In this document: positions 29,101 through 38,138 of the stretch, piece after piece
How positions within the stretch are numbered: the first letter of the stretch is position 1
How the letters are laid out: each line of letters opens with the position of its first letter
Assembly: GCA_964452095.1 (NCBI GenBank)
Contig: CAYVKX010000002.1
Span: forward strand, 1-63,456
Length of the DNA: 63,456 nt
Reading direction: 5' to 3'
Origin: an uncultured Weeksellaceae bacterium
GTDB lineage: Bacteria; Bacteroidota; Bacteroidia; Flavobacteriales; BACL11
Made by a program: the position numbers and the translations under genes
The notes under the pieces: generated by a model
What the model was told of the DNA's origin: nothing
The model's input: the letters and a program-made list of their open reading frames with translations, nothing else
Database searches by the model: none

Positions 29101-32100
29101 GATGGAGACGAATTTCATAGTGGTGGCGATTTGTATTTTCATTTAGGAAATGTATCGGAAGATGTGCTTAAAGATGGTTATAAAAGTTTTGAAAATGGAT
29201 TGCCTATTTCAAGCACAGTGGAAAATGTAGATACTACAGTTTGGGGAAGAGTGCCCACTAATTTTTCTATTGTAAATGCTTTTGATAACGATCCTGATTC
29301 CAGAGTATATCAGGATGTTGGTTTTGATGGTTTAAAAAATTCGGAGGAAAAATTATTTTTTGATGATTATATTCAGCAAATTGCAAATACCCCAAGTTTA
29401 GGGACATCTTCAGGGGCTTATCAAAATGCAGAAAACGATCCTTCTGCCGATAATTACCATTATTATAGAGGTAGCGATTTTGACAATAATCAAACCAAAA
29501 TTTTAGATAGATATTTGAATTTTAATAATATGGATGGAAATTCTGTAACTACTGATAATTCCCCTGAATCCTATCCGACTTCCTCCACTAGTATTCCCAA
29601 TACTGAGGATATAAATAAAGATAATACTTTAAGCGAATCAGAAAGTTATTTTCAATACAAAGTTCATCTTTTCCCAAATATGGATGTGGGCGATAGTTAT
29701 ATTTCAGATGTTTTTACTGCCAATGTTAAAACTGAAAATGGGAATAGCCGTTCTGTGAAGTGGTATCAGTTTAGGGTGCCTATTTACAAACCCGACAAAA
29801 CAGTTGGTGGTATTCAGGATTTTAAATCTATCCGATTTATGCGTATGGTTTTTGCTGATTTTCAGCAGCCAATAGTTTGCCGATTTGCAACCTTAGATTT
29901 GGTAAGAGGGGAGTGGAGAAGATACAATTTTGACCTTTCTTCTCCAGGGGAATACATTCCTGTAGATGATGAGGATAACACGCTTTTTGATGTAACGGCT
30001 GTAAATGTGGAAGAAAATGGAAAAAGAAGTCCTATAAATTATGTAGTTCCTCCAGGAATTGAACAAGAAATAGATAATACAACAACAACTCTTAGGAAAC
30101 AAAACGAGCAATCCTTAGTTTTGAAAGTGTGCGATTTAAAAGATGGAGATTCAAGGGCAGCTTACAAAACTGCCGATTTGGATGTTCGTTCTTACAAAAG
30201 AATTAAAATGTTTGTTCATGCTGAGGGGAAGAATGATGATTTGAAAGATGGCGATTTTTCTTGTTTTATTCGTTTAGGAACGGATTTTGTTTCTAACTAT
30301 TACGAATATGAAGTTAGCTTGAAAGCCACTGCTCATGAAGCTAGTAGCGCTAATGCAATTTGGCCATCTTCCAATCAAATTGACATTGCTTTTGAAGAGT
30401 TCCAAAAGGCAAAACAAATAAGAAATGATGCAATTAGAAGTGGTACGCACTCCAATGTTTCTGATCCTTTTATTAAATATTTATCCAATGGGAAAAAGAT
30501 TCAAATTGTAGGAAATCCGAATTTGGCAAGAGTAAAAACAATAATGATTGGGATTAGAAATCCTAAAAAATTAAACATTCAAGATGCAGATGATGGACTT
30601 CCTAAATGTGGAGAAATTTGGGTAAATGAATTACGCCTTACGGATTTTGATGAATATGGCGGATGGGCGGCTAATTCTCGGCTTACTACTCGCCTTGCCG
30701 ATTTTGGAACGGTAACTTTTGCAGGAAGTATGAGCACCATTGGCTTTGGTAGTATTGAGAAAAAAATTAATGAACGCCAAAGAGTAAATGCCTATCAATA
30801 TGATATTTCTTCAACTTTCGAATTGGGGAAATTTTTCCCGGAAGATTATGGGGTAAAAATTCCAATGTATGTTGGCGTATCGGAGGCGATTGCAAACCCA
30901 CAATACAATCCGCTTGACCCTGATATTCTGTTCAAAACCACCTTAGAAACTTTGGATAGCAAAGCCGAAAAAGATTCCTTAAAACACATTACACAAGATT
31001 ATGTAAAACGAAAAAGCATCAATTTTACCAATGTGAGAAAAATGCCTTCTATGAATAATAAAAAAGGCAAAACAGCAAAACCAAAAAAACCAAAAGTGTA
31101 TGATATTGAGAATGTGTCGCTTTCTTATTCGTTCAATGAAACTTTTATTAGAAATATCAATACAAAAGAAAACACGACAAAACTCTATAGAGGAGCAATT
31201 ACTTATAATTTCCACACCACTCCGAAAAACATCAAACCATTTACAAAATCTCCTTTGCTAAAATCAAAACATTTGCGGCTTATAAAAGATTTTAATTTCA
31301 ATACTATGCCAAAATCTTTCTCATTTAGAACTGATTTGGAAAGGCATTACAATAAAACGGAACTCAGAAACATCAACAATTCCAATATGCTTATTTTCCC
31401 TACTTACAATAAGTTTTTTAATTGGAACAGAATGTATGAGGTAAAATATGATTTGACAAGAACGCTAAAAGTGGATTTGGCAGTAAATAATAGGGCGATA
31501 ATTGATGAGCCAGCTGGCGACCTTTCCAAAGACGATCCTAACTATAAAGAAAAAAGAGATACAATTTGGCAAAATTTCTGGGATTTTGGAAGGGCAACTC
31601 TGTACCACCAAACTACCAATGTAAATTATCAAGTTCCTTTAAATAAAATTCCTTTTTTGAATTTCCTTTCGCTTAACACCAGGTATAGCGCAAATTACGA
31701 TTGGACGGGAGCGCCAAAATCATTGCAATATTTAGGGGGAAATATTCAAAACTCCAATACCAAGCAATATAATGGGCAAATAAATTTGACTACTCTTTAT
31801 AATAAAGTGCCGTATTTCAAAAAAATAAACCAATCGGCAAGAGGAGGTAGAAACCAAAGAGGAAGAAATAATCAGCAAAACACAGAGGAGGAAGATAAGA
31901 AAAAAGATAGATACGAGATTTTTAAATATATGACTCGTTTTATGCTGAGCGTGAAAAATGTGTCAGTAAATTATTCTGAAAATAGAGGAACTTTCTTGCC
32001 AGGATTTATGCCAAAACCACACTTTATGGGACAGCAATGGAGTATGATGGCACCAGGACTTCCCTTTGTTTTTGGAAGCCAGAATGACATTAGATACAGG

Positions 32101-33330
32101 GCAGCTTCAGATGGGTGGCTTACCGGAGACACTACTTTAAATACGCTTTACAAAACCAATTTTTCTTCTAATTTAACTTTAAGAAGTACGGTAGAGCCAA
32201 TAAAACAATTTAGAATTGAACTTACTGCCAACAAATCAAAATCTTTAAATAGCCAAGAGTATTTTAGGGCTGGAAATAATGGAAAATTTACATCTTTTAG
32301 CCCAACAGAAACAGGAGGTTTTAGTATTTCTATAATTTCTTGGAGTACGGCATTTTTAAAAGATGATGAGCAATACTCTTCCAAAACTTTTGCAAAATTT
32401 AGAAACTACAGAAATGAAATTGCAAAAAGATTGGCAGCAGAAAACCCTGATTTTAATGGAGGTATAAATCCTTTAACGGGCTTTCCGCTAGAGTCATATA
32501 TTGATGGAACAACAGGAGATACAATATATACAGGCGGTTATGGTCCGGCATCCCAAGATGTAATGATTCCTGCATTTTTGGCTGCTTATACCGGAAAAGA
32601 TGCATTGGGCGTTTCTTTGAAAAAATTCCCTGTTGTTCCTTTGCCCAATTGGCGAATTACTTACAATGGGCTTACAAAAGTGAAATTCATCAAAAGATAT
32701 TTTGAAACTTTCACACTTGGACACGCATACAGAAGTACTTATAGTGTTGGTTCTTTTGCATCCAATCTGGATTATAAAGATGAGAGCGGTGAGGTGCAAA
32801 TGAACCTTAATAATTTGAGTTATCATCCCAAATATGATATTGCACAAGTTTCTATTAATGAGCAATTCAGTCCGCTTTTCAAAATCGATATGACTTGGAA
32901 AAATTCTTTGCTTACACGATTTGAAATCAAAAAAAGCAGAATGCTTTCCTTATCCCTAAGTAATAATCAACTCACAGAAGTTGCCTCTAACGAATATGTA
33001 ATTGGTACGGGATTCAGAATTCAAGATGTGTCTTTCAATTTTCGCTCGGCCGGAAGAAGTAAAAAAATTAAAAGCGATTTGGACTTAAAATTGGATTTGA
33101 ATATCAGAAATAACAGAACGGTAATAAGAAAAGTAGTAGAAGATGAGGAGCAAATTACGGCTGGGCAACAAATAATTAGCATCAAATTTTCTGCTGATTA
33201 TGTGGTGAATGAAAGGTTAAATGTAAAAGCTTTTTACGATAAAGTAATTACAAATCCGTTTCTTTCCACCACTTTTCCAGGGGCAATTACCAATGCCGGA
33301 TTTAGTATAAGATTTACTTTGGCAGGATAA
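26170..33330 (+). CDS. sprA: T9SS translocon / cell-surface protein SprA (2386 aa)
   Basis: Size, signal peptide, Bacteroidota-specific giant beta-barrel character, and the conserved ruvA-sprA-gcvH neighbourhood. The only possible initiation codon is TTG at 26170. Confidence 0.85.
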   Translation: MSRKKIYILLAVSVLFSMQSFSQNDSTLSYPFSGDESGGLYMNNPSIFNTFVEYDPVSNQYYEWQRIGDRNVGLPRVMSFQEYQQYQLEKSTETYWDLRTGERKTKQTSAFGLPKLFIPGQAFDRIFGGNSVDIRPQGSAELIFSLRINRLDNPSLPEEQRRTTSFDFEEKIQMNVVGKIGEKLKLTTNYNTESTFDFENQMKLEYTGGEDEIIKKLEVGNVSLPLNGTLITGSTSLFGMKAQLQFGRTTITSILSQQKSKTSEVEVSGGAQTTEFDIYVDDYEANKHFFLAHYFKEQYDVALANLPFVNSGINITKIEVWITNKTGTTNNTRNIVSFLDLGETEIYNNDPNFANGLKPNAQFPDNVEANYLYDNLTNNFNAARDINQVNSAFGPFSVFFKAAQDYEKLERARQLTSSEYTLHPQLGYISLNQALNNDEVLAVAFQYTIGSNTYQVGELSTTGPTAPDALFVKLLKGTNFTPKLPNWHLMMKNIYAIGAYQMSSNSFVLDVVYENTEESGGLTNYIPEGIIDGIPLIKVLNLDNLNSQQDKQSDGVFDFIEGITAKSSNGRIIFPVREPFGSYLKSQFSDPTLADKYVYQALYDSTITIAQQYPELNKFRLKGSYQASSGAEISLNAMNVPEGSVTVTAGSQKLVENQDYTVDYMLGRVTIINQGILNSGVPIKISLENNALYGIQNKTLIGTHIDYEINKDFIVGATVLNLTERPYTVKINTGDEPISNTIWGLDGTYQKKSPFITKMVDKLPFLETKAKSTIVATAEFAHLIPGHHKSLGNSGVSYIDDFEASKTGIDMKNMGAWFLSSIPQGQENIFQNASENNDLISGFQRSKVAWYTIDPLFYRNTSVTPPGINTSITLPNGNTIAQQSYHYSREVLEKEVFPNKDPDIGSQISNLALLDVAYYPNKRGPYNYNVTDLNSDGSLQNPTAKWGGLMRKVETNDFEAANIEFIEFWMMDPFNSEDGDEFHSGGDLYFHLGNVSEDVLKDGYKSFENGLPISSTVENVDTTVWGRVPTNFSIVNAFDNDPDSRVYQDVGFDGLKNSEEKLFFDDYIQQIANTPSLGTSSGAYQNAENDPSADNYHYYRGSDFDNNQTKILDRYLNFNNMDGNSVTTDNSPESYPTSSTSIPNTEDINKDNTLSESESYFQYKVHLFPNMDVGDSYISDVFTANVKTENGNSRSVKWYQFRVPIYKPDKTVGGIQDFKSIRFMRMVFADFQQPIVCRFATLDLVRGEWRRYNFDLSSPGEYIPVDDEDNTLFDVTAVNVEENGKRSPINYVVPPGIEQEIDNTTTTLRKQNEQSLVLKVCDLKDGDSRAAYKTADLDVRSYKRIKMFVHAEGKNDDLKDGDFSCFIRLGTDFVSNYYEYEVSLKATAHEASSANAIWPSSNQIDIAFEEFQKAKQIRNDAIRSGTHSNVSDPFIKYLSNGKKIQIVGNPNLARVKTIMIGIRNPKKLNIQDADDGLPKCGEIWVNELRLTDFDEYGGWAANSRLTTRLADFGTVTFAGSMSTIGFGSIEKKINERQRVNAYQYDISSTFELGKFFPEDYGVKIPMYVGVSEAIANPQYNPLDPDILFKTTLETLDSKAEKDSLKHITQDYVKRKSINFTNVRKMPSMNNKKGKTAKPKKPKVYDIENVSLSYSFNETFIRNINTKENTTKLYRGAITYNFHTTPKNIKPFTKSPLLKSKHLRLIKDFNFNTMPKSFSFRTDLERHYNKTELRNINNSNMLIFPTYNKFFNWNRMYEVKYDLTRTLKVDLAVNNRAIIDEPAGDLSKDDPNYKEKRDTIWQNFWDFGRATLYHQTTNVNYQVPLNKIPFLNFLSLNTRYSANYDWTGAPKSLQYLGGNIQNSNTKQYNGQINLTTLYNKVPYFKKINQSARGGRNQRGRNNQQNTEEEDKKKDRYEIFKYMTRFMLSVKNVSVNYSENRGTFLPGFMPKPHFMGQQWSMMAPGLPFVFGSQNDIRYRAASDGWLTGDTTLNTLYKTNFSSNLTLRSTVEPIKQFRIELTANKSKSLNSQEYFRAGNNGKFTSFSPTETGGFSISIISWSTAFLKDDEQYSSKTFAKFRNYRNEIAKRLAAENPDFNGGINPLTGFPLESYIDGTTGDTIYTGGYGPASQDVMIPAFLAAYTGKDALGVSLKKFPVVPLPNWRITYNGLTKVKFIKRYFETFTLGHAYRSTYSVGSFASNLDYKDESGEVQMNLNNLSYHPKYDIAQVSINEQFSPLFKIDMTWKNSLLTRFEIKKSRMLSLSLSNNQLTEVASNEYVIGTGFRIQDVSFNFRSAGRSKKIKSDLDLKLDLNIRNNRTVIRKVVEDEEQITAGQQIISIKFSADYVVNERLNVKAFYDKVITNPFLSTTFPGAITNAGFSIRFTLAG

Positions 33331-33331
33331 T

Positions 33332-33361
33332 TTTGTCGACAAATAAAAAAATGTATTTTTG
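33332..33361 (+). promoter_or_regulatory. Bacteroidota promoter: -33 TTTG (33332-33335) and -7 TATTTTTG (33354-33361) for gcvH
   Basis: Both boxes are present with an 18-nt spacer, 14 nt upstream of the ATG. Confidence 0.5.
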
Positions 33362-33375
33362 AAAAAAATTTAAAA

Positions 33376-33753
33376 ATGAATTTTCCAGAAAATTTGAAGT
33401 ACAGCAAGGATCATGAATGGCTTAGGGTTGAAGGCGAAAATGTATATGTTGGAATTACTGATTTTGCTCAAGGCGAATTGGGAGATATTGTATTTGTAGA
33501 TGTAGATACTGAGGGAGAAACACTAGATAAAGATGAGGTGTTCGGAACTATTGAGGCAGTAAAAACTGTATCGGATATGTTTATGCCAATTAGCGGTGAA
33601 GTATTGGAGTTTAATGCAAAATTAGAAGATGATCCAGAACTTATAAATTCTGATTGCTATGGAGAGGGCTGGGTAGTGAAAATTGCCCTATCGGATGCGG
33701 GTGAATTAGAAGATTTGATGGATAGCGCATCTTATCAAGATTTGATAAATTAG
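33376..33753 (+). CDS. gcvH: Glycine cleavage system protein H
   Basis: YSKDHEWLR, and lipoyl-lysine context IEAVKTVSD. Confidence 0.93.
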   Translation: MNFPENLKYSKDHEWLRVEGENVYVGITDFAQGELGDIVFVDVDTEGETLDKDEVFGTIEAVKTVSDMFMPISGEVLEFNAKLEDDPELINSDCYGEGWVVKIALSDAGELEDLMDSASYQDLIN

Positions 33754-33799
33754 TAAAATATAGAAACTAAATTTTCGTTAATATTTAAAGAAATAAATT

Positions 33800-34456
33800 A
33801 TGAAAGCCAAAAAAGATCCGAAAATAAGTTTAGAAAGAAAGAGAGGATTATTTCTCCAAATAGGATTAGTAATTTCCTTACTTATCGTATTAGTTGCTTT
33901 TGAATGGAAAAGCTATGAAAAAACTGATTATAGTTTGGGGCAATTGAAAATGGATGATTTGGAAGATGAAATGATTCCTATTACAAGGCAAGAAGAAAAA
34001 CCGCCACCGCCACCGCCACCACCGCCAGATATTATTGAAATTGTAGAGGATGATATTGAAATTGAAAACGAATTAGAGGTAGAAGATACCGATACCGACC
34101 AAGATGACATAATTGAAATTGAGGAGGAAGAGGATGATGATGAGGTGTTTATGGTAGTAGAGCAGATGCCAAATTTTCCAGGGGGAGATTTAGGGCTAAT
34201 GAAGTTTATTCAGAAAACGGTAAAATACCCTGCAATTGCTAAGGAAAATGATATTACCGGAAAAGTATATGTTAGCTATGTGGTAAATAAAAAAGGGAAA
34301 GTTACTAGTGTAAAAGTAGTAAGAAGTGTAAATAAATACTTGGATGCAGAAGCGGTAAGAGTAGTAAAACTTTTACCTTATGCAACAGCCGGTAAGCAAA
34401 GGGGAAAGCCCGTGAATGTGCAATATACCATTCCAATTAATTTTACACTTAATTAG
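33800..34456 (+). CDS. tonB: TonB-family energy transducer
   Basis: N-terminal TM anchor, Pro9 tract plus an acidic linker, C-terminal TonB_C-like MPNFPGGDLGLMKFIQKTVKYP...GKVYVSYVVNKKGKV. Confidence 0.85.
   Translation: MKAKKDPKISLERKRGLFLQIGLVISLLIVLVAFEWKSYEKTDYSLGQLKMDDLEDEMIPITRQEEKPPPPPPPPPDIIEIVEDDIEIENELEVEDTDTDQDDIIEIEEEEDDDEVFMVVEQMPNFPGGDLGLMKFIQKTVKYPAIAKENDITGKVYVSYVVNKKGKVTSVKVVRSVNKYLDAEAVRVVKLLPYATAGKQRGKPVNVQYTIPINFTLN
34001..34027 (+). repeat. (CCR)9 proline-codon simple repeat inside tonB
   Basis: ccgccaccgccaccgccaccaccgcca, in frame, encoding Pro x9. Confidence 0.9.
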
Positions 34457-34505
34457 ATATTTTAAAAGCCGTTTTTACGGTTTTTTTTATTTTCAGAAAA
34501 ACCCT

Positions 34506-34535
34506 TTTGTATTATCCTTAAAAAGTGTATTTTTG
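34506..34535 (+). promoter_or_regulatory. Bacteroidota promoter: -33 TTTG (34506-34509) and -7 TATTTTTG (34528-34535) for cysC
   Basis: 18-nt spacer, 23 nt upstream of the cysC ATG. Confidence 0.5.
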
Positions 34536-34558
34536 CACGCTAAAAAAAACAACTAATT

Positions 34559-35170
34559 ATGGCAACAGAAAATTTACATTTCCATGAGCATAGAGTTGCT
34601 CGGGAAGAAAAAGAAAAAAGAAACCAACACAAATCAAGAGTAATTTGGTTTACAGGACTTTCAGGTTCTGGGAAATCTACAGTAGCAAATGCTACAGAAA
34701 AAGTATTGCACGATATGGGTTTGCAAACCTATATTTTGGATGGCGATAATGTAAGAATGGGACTTAATAAAGACCTTGGGTTTTCTCCAGAAGATAGAAC
34801 TGAAAACATCAGAAGAATTACAGAAGTAGCAAATTTATTTGCAGATTCTGGCTCAATTGTTCTTACTGCTTTTATCTCTCCTTACCGAGTAGATAGAGAT
34901 AAAGCAAGAGAGATTATTGGTACGGACGATTTTATTGAAGTTTTTGTAAGTGCGGATTTATCCGTTTGTGAAGATAGAGATCCAAAAGGACTTTACAAAA
35001 AAGCAAGAGCAGGAGAAATCAAAGGTTTTACTGGTATTGACGCTCCTTATGAAGCACCTTTAAACCCAGAATTGATTGTAGAAACTGATAAAAACGACAT
35101 TGAAGCATCTGCTCAAATTGTGGTTGATTATTTGGTAGAAGAAGGAATTATTAGCAAAACATTAGTATAA
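34559..35170 (+). CDS. cysC: Adenylyl-sulfate (APS) kinase
   Basis: P-loop FTGLSGSGKSTVA, LDGDNVR, FISPY and IDAPYEAP motifs. Confidence 0.93.
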   Translation: MATENLHFHEHRVAREEKEKRNQHKSRVIWFTGLSGSGKSTVANATEKVLHDMGLQTYILDGDNVRMGLNKDLGFSPEDRTENIRRITEVANLFADSGSIVLTAFISPYRVDRDKAREIIGTDDFIEVFVSADLSVCEDRDPKGLYKKARAGEIKGFTGIDAPYEAPLNPELIVETDKNDIEASAQIVVDYLVEEGIISKTLV

Positions 35171-35191
35171 ATTTTTAAATAAAAAAACGAA

Positions 35192-35668
35192 ATGGAAGTA
35201 GCAAAATGGGATGTAAAAAATCATGGTGGCAATCCTACCACTAACGAAAGTAAAAAGTATGGAATCTTTGTTGGAAGATTTCAACCTTATCACCAAGGAC
35301 ATATTTCGCTTATCATGCAAAAAATAAATGCGGGTATTCCTGCACTTATTATGGTAAGAGACATTGCTCCTGATGCAAAAAATCCTTTTACCACCGAGCA
35401 AACTGTAGAAATGATTGAAAAATATCATGCAGCAAAAGGGCATGATGTTCAGGTAATTATTATTCCAGATATCGAAAGTGTGAGTTTTGGTAGAGGAGTT
35501 GGTTATGAAATCAATGAATTTACTCCACCTGAAAATATAGGTTGGATTTCTGCAACAAAAATCAGAAATTCAATAAAAGAAGGGAATAATGATTGGAGAA
35601 CTTTGGTAGATGAATCAATCCAGCCAGATGTGGAGAAATACTTACTTACAAGTGAAGTAGAATTGTAA
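35192..35668 (+). CDS. Small HxGH-type nucleotidyltransferase (cytidylyltransferase superfamily, NadM/NMNAT-like), substrate unknown
   Basis: GIFVGRFQPYHQGH (HxGH motif) and ISATKIR (ISxTxIR motif), 158 aa. It starts 21 nt after the cysC stop. Confidence 0.65.
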   Translation: MEVAKWDVKNHGGNPTTNESKKYGIFVGRFQPYHQGHISLIMQKINAGIPALIMVRDIAPDAKNPFTTEQTVEMIEKYHAAKGHDVQVIIIPDIESVSFGRGVGYEINEFTPPENIGWISATKIRNSIKEGNNDWRTLVDESIQPDVEKYLLTSEVEL

Positions 35669-35695
35669 AATTAAGTTCAAATAATTTTTAAAAAA

Positions 35696-35720
35696 GGGGA
35701 GAATTTTCTTCCCTTTTTTT
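35696..35720 (+). terminator. Intrinsic terminator ending the cysC-nucleotidyltransferase unit
   Basis: ggggagaa-tttt-cttccc imperfect hairpin followed by ttttttt. Confidence 0.55.
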
Positions 35721-35760
35721 GTGTTTTTACTTATCAAGCCCTTAAGAGAATTAAATTTTG

Positions 35761-35768
35761 TATTTTTG
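35761..35768 (+). promoter_or_regulatory. -7 box TATTTTTG for deoC and downstream genes
   Basis: 9 nt upstream of the ATG at 35778. Confidence 0.45.
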
Positions 35769-35777
35769 GAATCTATT

Positions 35778-36677
35778 ATGAACTTACCAAACCTATCTAA
35801 AATACCAAAAATCGATAAAGTTGGAGTGTATGAAAGAGTGAATCGTTTTTGTAAAAGAAGTGTTAAAACTTCCACAAAAGAATTTGGTTTGCACCTTACG
35901 CTCAGCATGATTGATTTAACTACTTTGGAAGGAAAAGACACTCCATCAAAAGTGAAACAGCTTTGTTATAAAGCTATGCATTTGCACGATTCTATGGGGG
36001 GATTGCCAACTGTTGCGGCAGTTTGTGTGTATCCAACTTTAGTAGGGATTGCAAAAAAAGAATTAAAAGGAAGTGGAATAAATATCGCATCTGTTGCAAC
36101 TGCTTTCCCATCCGGACAATCTACTTTAGAAGTGAAAATTTCTGACACAAAATATGCTGTAAATGAAGGTGCGGATGAAGTGGATATGGTGATTTCTAGA
36201 GGAAAGTTTTTAGCTGGAGAATACAATTTTGTATTTGATGAAATAGCGGCTGTAAAAGAAGCTTGCGGAAAAGCTCATTTAAAAGTAATTTTGGAAACTG
36301 GAGAGTTGGATACTTTGGATAATGTGCGAAAAGCATCTGATATTGCGATTTATGCTGGTGCTGATTTTATCAAAACTTCTACTGGGAAAATTAGTCCGGC
36401 AGCAACAATGCCAGTTACTTTTGTAATGCTGGATGCAATAAAAGATTATCATAAAAAAACAGGAATAAAAATTGGAATGAAGCCAGCTGGAGGAATTTCT
36501 ACTGCTAAAATTGCTTTACAATATTTAGTGATGTTAAACGAAACTTTAGGGAAGGATTGGATGAATAAGGGTTTGTTTAGGTTTGGCGCGAGTTCTTTGG
36601 CGAATGATGTTTTGATGCAACTTAAAAAACAAGAAAGTGGAATTTATCAATCCTTAGATTATTTTTCAAAAGATTAA
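35778..36677 (+). CDS. deoC: Deoxyribose-phosphate aldolase, long (eukaryote-like) form
   Basis: EVDMVI, and Schiff-base lysine context ADFIKTSTGK; PAGGI. The start is moved from GTG 35721 (inside the terminator tail) to ATG 35778. Confidence 0.85.
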   Translation: MNLPNLSKIPKIDKVGVYERVNRFCKRSVKTSTKEFGLHLTLSMIDLTTLEGKDTPSKVKQLCYKAMHLHDSMGGLPTVAAVCVYPTLVGIAKKELKGSGINIASVATAFPSGQSTLEVKISDTKYAVNEGADEVDMVISRGKFLAGEYNFVFDEIAAVKEACGKAHLKVILETGELDTLDNVRKASDIAIYAGADFIKTSTGKISPAATMPVTFVMLDAIKDYHKKTGIKIGMKPAGGISTAKIALQYLVMLNETLGKDWMNKGLFRFGASSLANDVLMQLKKQESGIYQSLDYFSKD

Positions 36678-36680
36678 AAG

Positions 36681-38138
36681 ATGACTAAAATAGATTTGTC
36701 AAAAAATTGGAACTTTGCATCTGCTGCAGAAAGCACAAAGCATATAAAATTAAAGAAAAAATATGGCTTGTTTATTGATGGGGAATTTGTAAAACCACAA
36801 TCAAAAAAATATTTTGGAACCATAAATCCTGCAACAGATGAGGTAATAGCTAAAATTGCAGAAGCAAATGAAAAAGATGTAGATTTGGCAGTTAGATCTG
36901 CAAGAAAGGCATTTAAAAGTTGGTCGAAATTAGAGCCGAAAGAAAGAGGAAAATACATTTTCAGAATTGCTAGAATGATTCAAGAACGAGCAAAAGAATT
37001 TGCCGTAATTGAAAGTTTAGATGGAGGAAAACCAATCCGAGAATCTCGTGATATTGATATTCCACTTGCTGCAAATCATTTCTTTTATTATGCGGGTTGG
37101 GCAGATAAATTAGAGTATGCTTTTCCGAATAAAAAACCTCAGCCATTGGGAGTTGCAGGACAAATTATTCCTTGGAATTTTCCACTTTTAATGGCGGCTT
37201 GGAAAATAGCTCCGGCACTTGCATGTGGAAATACAGTGGTATTAAAACCTGCTGAAACCACTTCACTTACTGCACTCAAATTAGCAGAACTTATAAAAGA
37301 TAGCGGACTTCCAAAAGGAGTGGTAAATATTGTAACGGGTGCTGGAAAAACGGGTGAGGCTATTGTAAATCATTCTGATATTAATAAAATTGCTTTTACT
37401 GGTAGTACAGCTGTTGGTAAAATGATTCAAAGAAGTATTGCTGGAACTAAAAAGAAATCAACTTTAGAGCTTGGAGGAAAAGGTGCTAATATCATTTTTG
37501 AGGATGCAGCAATCGACCAAGCTGTAGAAGGAATTGTGAACGCAATTTTCTTTAATCAAGGGCATGTTTGTTGTGCGGGTTCTCGCTTGTTTGTTCAGGA
37601 AAGTGTGGCAGATACAGTAATTGAAAAATTGAAAGATAGAATTTCAACATTAATTGTAGGTAATCCTCTAGATAAAAACACAGATATTGGGGCAATTAAT
37701 TCTGCTAATCAGCTAAAAACAATTAATAAATATATTGAGATTGGGAAAAAAGAAGGAGGAGAAATTTACCAACCAAAATGCAAAATTTCCAAGAAAGGAA
37801 ATTGGTGTCCTCCAACTTTATTTTTGAATGTTTCTCAGTCGCATACTATTGTTCAAGAAGAAATTTTCGGGCCAGTTTTAGCGATTCAAACTTTCAGAAC
37901 AATTGATGAGGTAATTGAAAAAGCAAACAATACTCCCTATGGTTTATCAGCAGGAGTTTGGACTGAAAAAGGTTCTAAAATTTTCAAACTCACACAAAAA
38001 TTAAATGCGGGAGTGGTATGGGCAAATACATATAATAAGTTCGATCCCACTTCTCCTTTTGGAGGATTTAAAGAGAGTGGATTTGGAAGAGAGGGCGGTT
38101 TGCATGGATTGAAATCATATTTAAAATTTAAGTCATGA
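36681..38138 (+). CDS. NAD(P)-dependent aldehyde dehydrogenase
   Basis: IIPWNFP, catalytic Glu in LELGGKG, catalytic Cys in FFNQGHVCCAGSR, EEIFGPV. Confidence 0.9.
   Translation: MTKIDLSKNWNFASAAESTKHIKLKKKYGLFIDGEFVKPQSKKYFGTINPATDEVIAKIAEANEKDVDLAVRSARKAFKSWSKLEPKERGKYIFRIARMIQERAKEFAVIESLDGGKPIRESRDIDIPLAANHFFYYAGWADKLEYAFPNKKPQPLGVAGQIIPWNFPLLMAAWKIAPALACGNTVVLKPAETTSLTALKLAELIKDSGLPKGVVNIVTGAGKTGEAIVNHSDINKIAFTGSTAVGKMIQRSIAGTKKKSTLELGGKGANIIFEDAAIDQAVEGIVNAIFFNQGHVCCAGSRLFVQESVADTVIEKLKDRISTLIVGNPLDKNTDIGAINSANQLKTINKYIEIGKKEGGEIYQPKCKISKKGNWCPPTLFLNVSQSHTIVQEEIFGPVLAIQTFRTIDEVIEKANNTPYGLSAGVWTEKGSKIFKLTQKLNAGVVWANTYNKFDPTSPFGGFKESGFGREGGLHGLKSYLKFKS

Noticed and set aside
32494-32865. 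123-aa minus-strand ORF. Also the other antisense ORFs inside sprA: 26451-26729, 26736-26990, 27634-27825, 29893-30111, 30979-31215 and 32148-32384.
   Set aside because: All lie inside the continuous 2386-codon sprA frame on the opposite strand, so they are shadow ORFs.
33331-33342. Palindrome ttttgtcgacaaa after sprA, considered as a terminator
   Set aside because: It has no loop and no T-tract. It overlaps the -33 TTTG box of the gcvH promoter and is more simply explained as that.
34001-34027. Proline-codon repeat considered as a contingency locus
   Set aside because: The codons alternate CCG/CCA (not a pure homopolymer), the repeat is in frame, and Pro-rich spacers are a standard TonB feature.
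35162-35941. Minus-strand ORFs 35162-35443 and 35642-35941. Also 36674-36958 and 35966-36226.
   Set aside because: Antisense to the nucleotidyltransferase, deoC and ALDH genes. One of them also crosses a terminator and a promoter.
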